A stretch of DNA of 57,591 nucleotides, filler included, from Bipalium vagum (GCA_037834085.1; 3 parts of 3 records of this genome joined end to end with filler, not necessarily neighbours in it); one strand, 5' to 3'. Positions 24,990 through 38,760 are shown, counted from the first letter of the whole stretch. Notes: generated by a model not told the origin, from the letters alone. A program made the numbers and translations.

Positions 24990-26599
24990 AAATTAAATAA
25001 AATATATCTTAAAAATCGTTTTGATTTTAAATTAATATTATTTAAACAATTTATGCCTTTCAACTTATTGAAATAGATTTTTAAATTCATTTAAATTTTT
25101 AATTAACAATTTAGAATTTTACAAAAATCAGGTTTAAAATTAAGTCTAAAATAAAAATAAATATAAACGTTGTTTATGTATAAATTGTAGTAATTATTTT
25201 TATATTCTTGAAACTCATTAAAAAGATACCTTAATATATATTTAAATGAAAAAGCTTTGGTATTTTTCTTCTAATTTTCTGTATTAATGAATAATTTTAA
25301 TAATGAAGAAAATTTATGAGTCATTAGTAATCAAGACTAAAATATAAGACTAGTTCAGAAAATGTTAAAAGCAAAAATTAACTCATAATTAATTACTTTC
25401 AGTCAATATTCCTTTAAATTTTAATATTAAATATTTTTAAAGAAAAATGGCTATTTAAAAATGACTATTTTAAAATATTTTAAATACATAAGTATATTTA
25501 GAATGATTATATATATAATATAAATATAAATATAAATAATAAATATATATAATTTTTGTTAATTTATTTTAAAAATTATAATAAATTTTAATTAAAAAAT
25601 TATTTAAAATGTCAAGAATTTTTTAAATGATTTTTTTAATTAAATAAGATTATTAACTTTTTAAGAATGATTATTTTTAATTTTTGTAAAAAAACATATT
25701 AACATGATGATAAGGAAAAGATAAACGATCGTGAAGGTTATGTAATTTGCTTGATTGAGAAAGATCATATCTCTTTAACACTTCGAATTAATAGACAAAA
25801 TATCTGAAAATAATTTCTGAATTAATATTAAATCAATATCTGAAATAGTCTAATAATAATTTTCAATAATAATAATAATAACAATAAAATATTTTTTATC
25901 TTTCATGATTTATGCTTGGCAATCTTGGAAATTAGCCATTACCAAGATTAGACCACGGTCAAAATTGTGACTGACTTAGTTTTAAGTATCTAAAAAGGAA
26001 ATTGACATCCAAATTAAGAATACTGGTTTCCGACTGTGTTGTCGATTGATCAGTACAAAAGGCACTGGAGTCCTGAACGTGCTACCACAAAGTTTGCAGC
26101 GTTTCATTTTGCTTCAGGAAAACACGAAAACTTACGGTGAATTTATTATGCCTATTTTTATGCGACAGGAGCTAACAATTGATCTTGCTCTGTTAGAGCG
26201 TTTATAAGGGTACCGGTACGGGCTTATCAAACTACTCTAGAACCCATGGTCTTCTAAAGCGGTTATAGTTGTCTTATTTCTTTTCTTTTAATAATTTCAA
26301 TTTGATTCGATTTCATTTTAATAACTCTTTAAAAAAATTATATTTTATTTGATTTCAATGAATTTATTTATTGTAGATGATTTTTTGTAATTCAGAGATC
26401 GATTTGTTATGAGGACTTTTATTTTTGTTTTTTTGTTAGTAAAAATGAAGTTTTATTGTGATCTTTTTGATTTAATTATTTTCTTACACGTTATTGACAT
26501 TAATGAAAGAGTCAGTAAAGTAATGAAATGTTTCATAATAATATGAAACATTTAACACATTTGAAGATAATTCAAAAGAAAATACTCAGAAGATGATCT

Positions 26600-27216
26600 A
26601 GACGAAAAAATCAAAACGAACATCAAAATAGTATGAAAAAAAATTTTTACTTTTAGAATTGCTTGCTAAAAAGAGTTTAATTGAAAGATTAAAAGTTGTT
26701 ACTCATTATTCTAATAAGGAATTTTTCTACAAAACATAAAAATTCAATATAATCATGCTAAAATTGTTAAAGTTATTTAATTTAAATTACAAAAAAGAGA
26801 TTTAAAAATATTTTAAATTCTCCTTTTCTCTAAACCTTTTACGACTTTCTATAATTATAAAAACAGAAGTAAAAATATTTAGAAGAAATGTGGAAACTCC
26901 CATCAACAACAACTTCAATAAACCCACTAGATTCAACAGCAAACCCTCCAAGTCCATCAACAACAACAAATACCAGGAAGTCAGGACAATAAACACCTAT
27001 GTTATGTGATCTTTGTGATCTTAATTAACAATCATTGACAATCATTTTGGTGTTTAAAAAGCATGTGTATGTAAATGTAAAGTAACTTATTATTTTTATT
27101 AATATTATTATTATCATTTCACCTCTAAACCTTTTGCGGTCAAAATACTTAATTTATAATTATTATAAATAATCTAGATCCTTTAGAGGTATTCAAATAA
27201 TAATTTCTGAGAGTTA
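26600..27216 (+). mobile_element. Possible piggyBac-like transposase 3' relic
   Basis: Broken frames give ...FFYK...LRLSII...then CDLCD...CLK...C, resembling a Cys-rich tail, and the segment ends in GAGAGTTAA (TTAA). Highly degraded. Confidence 0.3.
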
Positions 27217-28377
27217 ATAGAGATGTGTCCTTGACTAACCCAACAAAGTTTATAAACATTTATTAATTTTTAAAGCGCAATACACTAAAAATATAAATGA
27301 TTTTAAAATTAAAAATTCCTATGTCTTATCAGCCCGTTATATAATCCATTTCCAGAGATGGGCAACAGAATTAATTGGGCGAATTCCAACATAATCTAGT
27401 AGGACACAATTATACACAATGAGGTCCACATTAAGAAATTTTTAACATTAACGTTTTTAAAGTTATATTTATCACTACTCCAACATTACCAAACTACTTT
27501 TAAGTATTTGCTTTTATATAAAGTAAATTAACTATATAAAATTCCGAATGAATAGTGAAATTAATACAAAACTAATACGATCTAAACAAACTAAATCCAC
27601 ACATGTTACGAAAATATAATAAATTAAAATGTAATATTTTTATTGAAAATTTTTAATTATTTATACAAGTAACTTCTTTTGGAAACAAAATGACCTGGAA
27701 TTTATAAAATAAAACAATATTATCTGTGGTGCTTTCAACTTTTTGTAATATTATTTTAAGTGGTTTATTAAAACTCGATTAATCTAAAAAATCAGTTTTT
27801 GTTTTAATCATCATAATAATTTATTTTCATGATAATTATAAAAGTAATTATTTAAAATCGTGTAATTAAAGAAATAACCTCTTTGTCTGTAGACAAATCA
27901 ATAAATATAATTATTTTTAAAATGAAAATTTTTTTTTCAAATTAATAATAAAAAAATGATAATACACATTTTGAAATTTTTTCCAAACAATTTTCATAAT
28001 AATATAAATAAAATAATCAATCCATTTTTGGAAAAATAAATTGTCAAGTTTCACTTTAACCTCATATGATAAATCATACATTATTATTCTCAACATAAGT
28101 GGTAAATGTACAACATTTATGTGCAAACATTAATGGCAATAAAAAATAAAAAAGCCATTATTCATTGTTGTTAATTATTAAAGATCGCAATTGTTGCCAC
28201 TACTCTCTTTAAACGATAAATGCTACATCAGTTATAAATTCACATTGAGCTCATTTATTGTCACTGTTGTGACATTCGTTCTTGACATTTCTGTTATAGA
28301 GTTGCAGTTGATTATTTCATCAGTGAAGCAAAAAAAACATTCATTTCAATCATTCACACCAGTCACATTTGTGAGAA

Positions 28378-28881
28378 ATGAATTTGCAGTCCAAACGACA
28401 AAGCGTTGCCAATGTCGAGATGTCCATCTGCGATCGTCGCGCTTCAGTGAACCGATATCGCCGTTCCAGTTTTTTTCCGATTGGAAATCGAGCCAGCATT
28501 TACCACAGCAGGCCACTTGTAATGGAAAATTCGTACCGAATGAATCCGGACAAGGAGAAAATCTTTAAAATGAAAGACGTCCAAACGATTGTTGAACAAA
28601 ATCTTCAAGAATTTATTTCGGATGTCCCTTATGATGATACGAAAATTGCCAAACTCTGTAAAATAATTGCCAACAAAATAAAAGACACTGTCATCAATAT
28701 ATGTCCCCCAAGATACAAAATTGTTTGCATTGTTTCTATTTTCGATAAAAACGTCTCGAATGTATTCTTTGGGTCTCAATGTTTATGGTGTCCGGAAAAT
28801 GGAGACAACTTTGTTGAAGTTGCTTATAATGGAAAGTCAGTAAGTGCCATGGCCCTTCTATATGGGTTATACTTTGAATAG
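28378..28881 (+). CDS. Tctex-1 domain dynein light chain (TCTEX1D1/DYNLT5-like), intronless CDS, 167 aa
   Basis: MENSYRMNP...YDD...LCKIIANKIKDTV...PRYKIVCIVSI...GSQCLWCPENGDNF...LYGLYFE* carries the Tctex-1 family signature. AATAAA at ~28915. Confidence 0.92.
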   Translation: MNLQSKRQSVANVEMSICDRRASVNRYRRSSFFPIGNRASIYHSRPLVMENSYRMNPDKEKIFKMKDVQTIVEQNLQEFISDVPYDDTKIAKLCKIIANKIKDTVINICPPRYKIVCIVSIFDKNVSNVFFGSQCLWCPENGDNFVEVAYNGKSVSAMALLYGLYFE

Positions 28882-29666
28882 ACAATATAATTTTCTAATT
28901 ATTTCTTTGGGTTAAATAAATAAATTATTTTTCCAATATTCATTTCTTCACCTATGAGGAGCGAAGCTCATTTACTTTTCAGATTGCAATGAGGAAAAAA
29001 GTAACTTAAAAAACCATTTTCTTTAAAAAGGTTCTCTTTTCTTTAATGCATCAAGAAACAGAATTATAAAGCAAATCTTTATATTGAAAGTCGATATATA
29101 TTTTTTAAAAGATGAATTCTCCAGAGAGATCTGAGAGCATCAATCAATTAATCTTAAAAAAACTAATATTATATTACTTTTCGATTTTTAAATGTTAGAA
29201 AATGTTAAGCACAAGTACGGCTAACAACCGAATTTTGTGGTGTTTGCACAACGTCTTTGTTTAATAACGCTTATAGTACATATTTATAAAATATTTTTCT
29301 GTTAATTTTCATGGTCGTTGTCATTCACATCAAAATCTTCGCACTTTAAATAGTTGAAACTATTCTCAGCAAATCCATTTAGCTAAAGCACTCTTGCCAT
29401 AAGTCTCTACTAGTAATTATACCGATAGGACTTTTCAAATTGATTACAAAAATTAAAGGTTTCCGTTTATGATGTTTTTCGGACAAAAATGTGGTCATCT
29501 CAAATTCAATATATAAAAGCGTGTATAAATCTGTTATAAAATTATATTCAATAAATAGCTGTCAAGCAATACTTCAGATAAATACCTACATAAGTAACAA
29601 AAAATTCTTATTCAAATATTACATATACAATAATCAAACTTCATGGTTTTTAGTACATGAAATATA

Positions 29667-30051
29667 TTAGGTGAACCGGGAAGTAATATTGTTTTTTTAA
29701 AATACTTCATTAATATTTATTATTTAATTGCTAATTATAAAATCAATCTAAAAACATTATTCAGTTAGAGTAACTTATTTCATTGTAAAATATTGAATCT
29801 TAAACTTTATTTGTAATTTTATTTTTTATGGCCATTCAAATAACAGAAGAAGTGCATATCCGGCATTGTATGCGGTTTGAATTTAATAAGAGCAGTAGCG
29901 AACAGTTGCAACGATCCGAGTTTGAAAATTTGCATAGCAGATGGCAAAATGTTATTGATAAGGGAGGAGGGGGTGATTAAAAAAAAATTATTTGAATGCT
30001 ATTTGTTTGAATCTTATGTAAAGAAATGATATTACTTTCCAGTCCACCAAA
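29667..30051 (+). mobile_element. Mariner-derived internal-deletion element (MITE-like, ~385 bp)
   Basis: TIRs TTAGGTGAACCGGGAAGTAATAT and ATATTACTTTCCAGTCCACCAAA with TA flanks. The N-terminus MAIQITEEVHIRHCMRFEFNK is joined to the C-terminus ENLHSRWQNVIDKGG. Confidence 0.85.
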
Positions 30052-33000
30052 TATTTTAAAGCTATATTTAATAATTCTTGAATACTAAATATATGTTAAA
30101 ATGAAAATTTGTGTTTTTTTCTATATTAATTTTTTGCAAGTAACAAGGGAGGAAAGGCCTCTTCATCAGAGATAAATAAATAATTCAGTATAAAATAATA
30201 AAAATTTCCTTGAAATCAATTCAGTAGAAATTATGGATTTTATTGTCTCGTAAAGCGTTAAATAAATGAAAAAACAGCTATTACGTTGAATCAAGAAATC
30301 TCGGACATTTTTTTATTTCTCCTATTAGAGAAAACAGCGCTATGTTAATAAAATTATGTTTATTTATTTATTTTGATAATCGATAAATTATTTTTATTAT
30401 AAAAAAAATATTTTAGATTAAAACGCACAAAATGGCGGACTTATTAAAAAATCTTAATAATATCAACAAAGCGTCCGAAATTTGACTGACAGATGGTTGC
30501 AGACCTTATCTAAAGAAGGCCTGTATTAAGACTTTCATGTATTCTTGAGTTGTTTTCAATATGGTTTTAGTTTAGTGTCCGGGAACTTTTGAATCAACAT
30601 AGTATCATAGAAATTTTTAGAAGCTCAATTTGATTCATAAATAATGATCAGAGAATGATGAAAATTTTTTATTTCTCCATGGAAAGACTTTTTTGAAGAT
30701 ATGCTTGATAATAAACATAGAGAAATGTTTGCTCTTCAAGGTTATAGCAAGTACGACCCCCTGATAATTAATGCTAACACAACGAGAAACAGGTAAATTA
30801 TACACAAAGTAGAGTTTATCAATGAAAACTGCGTCAAAAATTACTTTTCTTCCTTTTCAGATTTAGATAGTTTTGATTTCTTGTGAATCTCTTCTGGTTA
30901 TTTTTACTTAGAAGAGGATTGAGTGACTGACCACCAAATTATGAATCTTGATGATTTTGGAGATAGTGATACGACAGGACTGATGTCAATCACTTGATGA
31001 TAACTGAATTTATTAGTTTTTTCAATGAAAAATATTCAATAAAATATTCATAAAAATGATCGGACACGAATGAAAATTGATACAGACAGATTTTAATTGG
31101 AATCCATTTATAAAATCCACATACAATGATATTCGGTTCAAAAGAACATATAATGGAAAAATGTCTGTAGTTTATAAATGGGGATTTGATACCCGACTAT
31201 GGGGCCCGGGGGAATTTTCCACAGTCAGTCTACCACTGTGGAAAACGATAATAACCATTCAAACAGTCACTCTTAACATCAGCCACATATTATCACTTAG
31301 TCGTAGAGATTATATATGAATTAATATTACATAAGTAGGATTAATTGAAAATGGTTTTCTAAGTAGCCTTTGAAAAAGAACAAAAAAAGTTTTAATGAAA
31401 TGTGATCCGTGACTTCTAAAAGTTAAAAATAAAATATAGATATTTTTGTAATTATTTTATTTTTGAGTGGGAGGGTTGTCAATATTGAAGTTTTAATCAT
31501 TGATTAATAAAAGTAATTATTTTTATTATAAATATTAAAATTGATCCCATTCCATTATGATTCCACATTCAGCTTCGAAGTGGGATTTTTATATTAACAA
31601 TTATTATAATTTTTTCTAATATTTTATTATTTTTTATACTTTTAATTTATCAAGATTTGGTTAATATTAAAATTTTCAGTTATCATTAGCACTGTTTCAT
31701 TAAAATTAATGACTGTTTAATATGAGGAAAAATTCACATTCTTATTCAATAATTAAAATAATCGTGATTCTGATGTTAAAGCTTATGTACAGGAAGTGTT
31801 TAAATTAAGTATCCGATTTAGCAAAAAATATAATATATATCATAATTAATTGTATTCAATTTATTTTTTTCAAAGAAATAGAATATTCGAAAGTAATGTA
31901 AGTGTTTAATTTTTTTAATATTATAATAATTCGATATTATCGATTTTAATTGAAAATTTTATTAATTTTATCCATTGAGACTGCAAATTGTTATACTGAT
32001 AGCTAAGATGGAATCAGTCACATTAGTCAGATGATATTTAGAACACTTGAAATGGAAAAATATATCTATAATCAAATATACCTAATAAAATATAAATGTT
32101 GTCATAACATATGATATAAATTATGTAAGCCTCATTTTTTTGTCCAGGTATATATATACATAATAATAAGTAATTACGTTTTCCTTTATTTATTTTTAGT
32201 ATTTAAATTGTTTTATTGAATTATAAAAAACAACTCGAATATATTTTTAAACATTTCTCTTCACACTCCCCAAGCCTTGTACTACATTTGAATTTTATTC
32301 TGAAATTAGTTTTTCTTAACTATTTTTTGTTGACTGACTTCTTTATCATTCTGATAATGTTCTTCACTTAAATTTGTTTTTTGTCTTTGTGATAACTTTT
32401 AGTGAAATTTAAAATTCATTTTGAAAATAATAATAATTATTATTAATATTATTATTAATATTATTATTATAAAATTAATTAAAATTGATATAATTATAAA
32501 AATGATAAGTAATATTATTATGAAAATATTATTAATTCATTTTATTATCAAAATTTTATGGTAAACAATTTGAAAAGAGCTAATTCTTTTCAAAACAAAA
32601 TTTCCGAGAAGCGCGCGAAACATCAAGCTAGATCGTGTTAAAAAGAGGACAAAACTGCTGCCACAAATTGATATTTTAATCATGAATTATTAAATGAAAA
32701 TGTTGGGTGTGAAATAAAAATTTGATTAATTATATCATTTTAAAGTAAAAATATATGGGAAAAGTTTCGTAAAAATTAAAACAATAATTTTCATTTTAAT
32801 TTAATGGCTATCATAATAATAACAGAAAAATGTTCAGATCTTGTCTCCCACAATGAATATCAATAGGAAAATATGATAAAGGTTTTGCCGATTTTATTTT
32901 ATTTTTATATATGAGATGTCAAAATCGTTATTTTTCCCATTTATGTATTTGTCATTAAAGAGAAAATAAAAGGGAAAATTTATGTTGAAACTATTGAAGA

Positions 33001-34217
33001 TAAAAATTGAACCATATTCTTATCACCGTACCGAACGATAATTGCCATTTAAGATAAACAATGGGCGATTAATGAGAGATAACCAATTTGTTTCGAGAGT
33101 CTAGCATTTATTATTTATTATATAGTTTAATGAGTTACAGATATGGTTGCCTTAATCTGGGAAGACTAGAAAATTATAAGATAATAATATTATAAAAATT
33201 GAACAATAATTTAAATACAACTTGAAATTATGTCCACCTCTGTCGACTAGAGTTCAGCGAAATTATTATTAGTATTAATAAAATTAATTTCAAGATTATT
33301 TTATGGATATTATTTCGCAAATTTCAAATTTTTATTATTTTCATAATATTTTATATTATTTTCAAAATGATTTTTGTTTTCTATCTTTACATAGAGCTTT
33401 TAGTAATTTTTTGTAATTTAATGAAAGTATTCTTGACTCTTCAATCAAATATTAATATTTAAAAGAATTAATATTTATTGATTATTATTATTATTATTAT
33501 TTCAATATTTTAATAGTAATCAAGCAACTTATTATCTGACATTAAATCTACAGAATAGTTGAATTCGCAACGCAATAAGCAAATTTGAAAGTTTAAACTT
33601 TTATTAAATTGAAAACAACAGTGATGATCAAATGTCTTACGTTTCACCACAGGATATCAATGTCTCTGTATTCATGTGTTTCAATGCTCCACACAAATAT
33701 CTGAATGCCAATCAACATTTTTATGCAAACAAACAATGTTAGTAGGATGAATAAATACTCAGTAATCAAATTAAAATAAAATAAAAGAGAAAATAAAATC
33801 TTACGAAAACTACTTAAAGTTATAATCAAAAGAAAAGTTCAAAATTATATTGCATTAAGTCGGCTTAAGTCTCTTAAATAAAGGGGAGCAAGTTAAGAGC
33901 TTAATGGTTAGGTATTTTAGGCGTGTTTAAACTATGATTTTTGATCGACTAAGAGAACAAGTTAATATACAAAACTTTATTAATATTAAATGACAATTTT
34001 TATAAGTTTACAAAACAAGATCATTGCTATTGCAATAATCCTCTTTAAGAACAATTCCCCGAGGTTACGATTAATTAAAAGGAATCATATCTTTTTGCAC
34101 TGATAAAAATATCAGTGTCTGAAAAGCCCTCAAAGATACGCAATTCACCACCCTAATTAGTGTGTGAACTGCTAAAACAAAAAGCTGCTTCTGAAGTGAA
34201 GAGAAAACAAAAAAGAT

Positions 34218-34317
34218 NNNNNNNNNNNNNNNNNNNNNNNNNNNNNNNNNNNNNNNNNNNNTTAATTAATTAANNNNNNNNNNNNNNNNNNNNNNNNNNN
34301 NNNNNNNNNNNNNNNNN
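34218..34317. other. 100-bp assembly spacer with an artificial TTAATTAATTAA linker
   Basis: N run with TTAATTAATTAA at 34262-34273. Confidence 0.95.
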
Positions 34318-35072
34318 AAATTTAATCAATTACAATAATATATATAATATACAGATATATGTAATGGGCAAATAATTTTGTCAAAGAGTGTATTTAATTA
34401 CAGAATTTATAATATATCAAAAATGGACTGTTTATCAATTTGTTAACTGTTAACTGTTAACAATTTGCCGCAAACAAAAGCAGTGAAAAAGACGACCTAC
34501 GTAACATAAAGCTGACAGAAGCATCAAATATTCAGTCAGTTAACAGCCAATCAGATAACCAGACGACTTTAATTTACAAAGGGAAAACAAATTATATAGA
34601 AATAGTTGCAGTGTAAAAGAGGGAGAAATCATTTAAGAAAATCATTTAAAATCAGCAATCAATCTGGATATAAATTTTCTTTGTTCCTGGAAAGTAATAT
34701 TATAATTTTAATATAATTCATAAGAACAAACCACCATAAGCTGAAACGTTTATTAAGAAGTTTGTCTTTCAAAATCAAAAAACTAAAAATATTATTAACC
34801 GAAAGCTGCTAGGTTTATTGGAGTATAAGTAAATATTTTTATATTATCCAGGAATTAGTTAAATTTGGTTTAGCTTCTTAGGTCTTAGTGTAATCAGTTA
34901 TTCTAATACTCCTTGATGGAGTATAATATTATCTGAGGGGTACTCTAGAGCTCTTTTAATCGAGAGGATTTCTATTAGTTTTAAATAACTAATGATATAA
35001 TATTAAAATCTTTATATAATAATTAAAGCTTCGAAGTAACATTAAAAATTAAATAGAAAATTTTTCCCAATA

Positions 35073-36760
35073 CAGTCACACCTCGATCGATAGCCGTAGT
35101 GATAAAGTCCATATTTTATAGCGATCATTGAGGTGGCGGTCGATCGAGGTAAATTTGATTATGTAATTAATAATTATTGCATAATTCATTGTCATACTTT
35201 AATTATAGTTATTTTTTGGATATAAATTATAATATTGTTATAATAATATTTGAATTCATTGAAAATCAATAAAAAGATCAAACTATATTTTCTTAAAATA
35301 TTCATTAATTTTTGTTTGCTTTCCACGCATCTTTTTCTCGAAAAACTCTCTAAAATGACTGATCATAAGAGATTCTTTTGGATTTGAGCGTTCTTGCTAC
35401 TTTAAAATATCTCTAATAAAATTACCGCTTTGGAGGCTTCTGTATGAGAGACTTGTACCGACTCTTCCTTAAAAATTTCACTTTGTTCTTCATCTTCTGC
35501 AAGAAGTTTTAAAATTTCCTCATCATTCAGAAATTCAGATGTTAATTGTTTAGGCTATAAAGTTTGAAATTCGTCAACCATATCACCAAAGTCTTTAAAA
35601 TGTTTTTTTGTTTTCAAGGTAGTCATTAATTTCATTGGTATCAATAGCCATATTTAAAATTTAGCATTTTTTGCATATTCAACAATTCTCGTTTTTCCCA
35701 ACAATTTGTGATTGTTAAAGGTGTTACTCCATACCAAACAATTTAACTCCATATGATTATCATTGATAAATCGCATTTTTCGTTTCATTATTTTAGATAC
35801 AATCAAAATGAAATCCATAAGAAAAATTTTTGTAATGGACTTTTAAGTTTGAATTATACTTTGATTCAATGGTGGAATATGATTTGTAAGATTTGAATCA
35901 AAGGAAATCAATCTAATATTAGTCAGGGATTCATATATATCCACATGTCCTGGGGCGTTTTCTGGCAATAAAACGATTTTCCTAGCTTGATTTTTGAATA
36001 GTTCGTCAAATTGAAATAGCCAATTTATAAAAATTTCACTTGTCATCCAGGCTTTTCTATTCCAATAGTATTGACAAAAATTTTGCTTTGAAGACTTTTT
36101 AAAAGTTCTTGGATTGCTTGCTGTACCAAAAACCGAAATCGGTAGTAAGAGCAGTTGTTAATCTCTGATTGTTATTTTTTGTTCTTCGTGCACGTGCCTG
36201 TATACTTAGCGTCTTATCATCCATGAGATTGTAAAAAAGAACTGCTTCATCCATATTAAAAATATCACTTGGTTTAAATTCTTGAAAAGGTTTAAATATT
36301 TTGAAAAGGCACTGCTTGATATCAGACATATCTGTTGAAGCAGCTGTACCTGATAGTTTGTATTATATGATTTTATTTCTCTTTTTAAAATTTTTGAACC
36401 ACACATTTGAAAATTGGTCAATGGTATTAAGCTGTGCAGCGAATTTTTAACTTTGTTAATCAAAATGTTCATATTTAAAATTCTATTTTTACAAGGAAGA
36501 ATCTAATGAAGAATATTTAGGCGTTTTCATAATTTTCATTCCGTCTTTTTCAACTATTTCTTTTTGACACAAAAGATCATCGATTGCTCTTCTTGATATC
36601 TCAACACCAATATTTTGTAAATAAAAAAGCAAGCTTGAGTTGTGAGATTTTGGAACTCGAAACGTATTTAAAAATTTCCTTTTTTGATAAAAATGAGACT
36701 TTTTTTGTCTTTTTAGAATCCATCTGTTAATTCTGATAAGCAAAGTCTACTTTGGGGAGT
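35073..36760 (-). mobile_element. Decayed pogo/Tigger (CENP-B-like, DDE_1) transposon
   Basis: DIFNMDEAVLFY...QRLT; YYWNRKAWMTSEIFINWL...KIVLLPENAPGH...NLTNHIPPLNQSIIQT. Terminus TA-CAGTCACACCTCGATCGA with a subterminal inverted copy TCGATCGAGGT (~35140-35150). Confidence 0.9.
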
Positions 36761-36779
36761 TAGAATAGCAGAATATTCT

Positions 36780-37173
36780 CCAAATAATGGAATGTCATTC
36801 TCAATCGCCAGACCTTATTGAATTACTGTGGGATGAATTGGACAGGAAAATTTCTCAACAACAGCCATCTTCAGCAAAACGTCTTTGGGAGACACTACAA
36901 GTACAATGGTATGAATAACATCAGAAATTCTAGGGAAAATTCTCAATCGTATGCAGAGGATTTGTGTAGCGGTTACTAAAAATCACAGAGGCTGCTTCTA
37001 TAAATGTTATATATTATAAAAAATAAATATTTTTCCTTTTTAGTTTGAATAAATATGAAAAGGATTTTAAATTTTATAAATAAATTAACTGTAAAAAAAT
37101 TGTCATGAATAGTGTTCTATTTATGCTATATTTCAAAATGCGAGTATCTGCCTAATACTTTTGATTGGTAGTG
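36780..37173 (+). mobile_element. Tc1-like transposon 3' fragment with right TIR
   Basis: SQSPDL-IELLWDELDRKI...LWETLQVQW...RMQRICVAV; ends ACTTTTGATTGGTAGTG-TA. Confidence 0.85.
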
Positions 37174-38149
37174 TATATCGCTTATCTTTTACAAAAATAA
37201 TGAGAATAGAATCACTTTATTATTCATATTGAAGGTCACTAAATCTTCATTATGAATAATCAATTAAATCAACTTAATTAAAGATATTCATATTTATAAA
37301 TATATTGATTATTAGTAATTTTAATATATAAAATTTGTCTTTTTCATGAAGTTATAAAAATAATTAACCTGAAAATTTACAATCATTCTGGGTTGCGCAA
37401 TACTAAATGATATTTTATTTTCATAAATAAAATTTAGGAAAATCAATAAAAAAAACTAATAAAAATATTAAAATTCCAAGACATTATAATCTTTTATTAT
37501 ATTATAGGTCAATAACGTGGAATGAGTATTACAATATTATAATTTTAGCTTTATTTAATGCAAAAAACGTGAAATATAAACATGATAATAAAATGAATTG
37601 TCATATTTGTTCGTAGAAAAATAAGATACTTATTTCTTATTTTTGTAGATATGATGAAGTTGATTTTCATGCAGATCTAAGATCAAAAGTATGGATCTAT
37701 ATAAAATGGACGTATTTAGGCCACATTAAAAGAAACACAGAAAGTCAAACAGTCATTTAATTTCTTACAAAAGTACTAAGTTGTCTCTAACAGCTTACAA
37801 AAATATCAAGACAATGAAAGTCTAACATCAAAGATAATTCGTTATAAATCTGGATTTTTGGAAATATATCTATAAATACTCTCATGTTCTCATTTTCCTA
37901 CTCACATCCGATAAGTTATGAATTAAGCAAATTCCGACCAGCGGAAGTAGAAGGAAAATTCACGTTGCTGTTTCTGACACTGGACACTAAAATAAAAATA
38001 AAATAATTTATTTCATAAATAAAAATATCGTTTAAATAAAAATCCTGAATTATTTCTTTAAGTTGAGGTAACGAATTATACCATTTTTACGTCAATTTTC
38101 AAATTGTGTTTAAATATTGCATTTGTACTGTAACTAGTATTTGTGAGCA

Positions 38150-38760
38150 TTGGAAATCACAAATCAAACGCTTTCAATAGCTATTTCAATTAACAGAGCA
38201 CTGTTGACTTTAAAGATAAAGAAGTCACATCGTGAATTAGAACATGTCAATTATGACGTTTCTATACAGAAAAGAAAAACCTATGCATTACTGTTCAACA
38301 AAAATTTTTCAGTAATTATGAAAATACCATTTTTGTTGATGGATCGCCCGTTCAACCTGCACTTGGAAAGGCAGCGGGCACGTTCCAAAAATGTACAAGA
38401 GCAAATATAATTGTTCCTAATGTAAGAGGGTTGAATATTTCTGTTATTGCAAGTATCGGAGTTTCTGGTACGTATTATCATAAGATTATTGATAAAACTA
38501 CAGTAAATGGTGATATTTTCTCAGATTATTTAATAGATTTATGCATTCGGAAATGCTTGTATCATGTTAGATAATGCACGTGTTCATCGTGCGAAGGATC
38601 TGGAAAACATCACTACATCTTTTGGATACAAATTCAATTTCCTTTCCCCTTATTTATACATGCTCAATCCCATTGAAGGTGCTTTTTCGAAAATAAAAAA
38701 TGCTGTCAGGTAGATCTTGAGAGCTGCTGAGAATGGAGATTTGACGGATTTTATAGTTAT
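38150..38760 (+). mobile_element. IS630-like DD34E transposase pseudogene
   Basis: FVD../PFNLHLERQRARSK...RGLNISVIASIG...TVNGDIF...IMLDNARVH...FLSPYLYMLNPIEGAFSKIK, with 34 residues between the D and E. Contains frameshifts. Confidence 0.85.

Noticed and set aside
28444-28779. 111-aa antisense ORF over the Tctex gene (and the short alternate ORFs inside EXOSC10)
   Set aside because: These are shadow frames of real coding sequence with no recognisable motifs.
34360-34705. Possible solo LTR
   Set aside because: It starts with TG but has no clear CA end, TSD or second copy, and it lies next to a gap.
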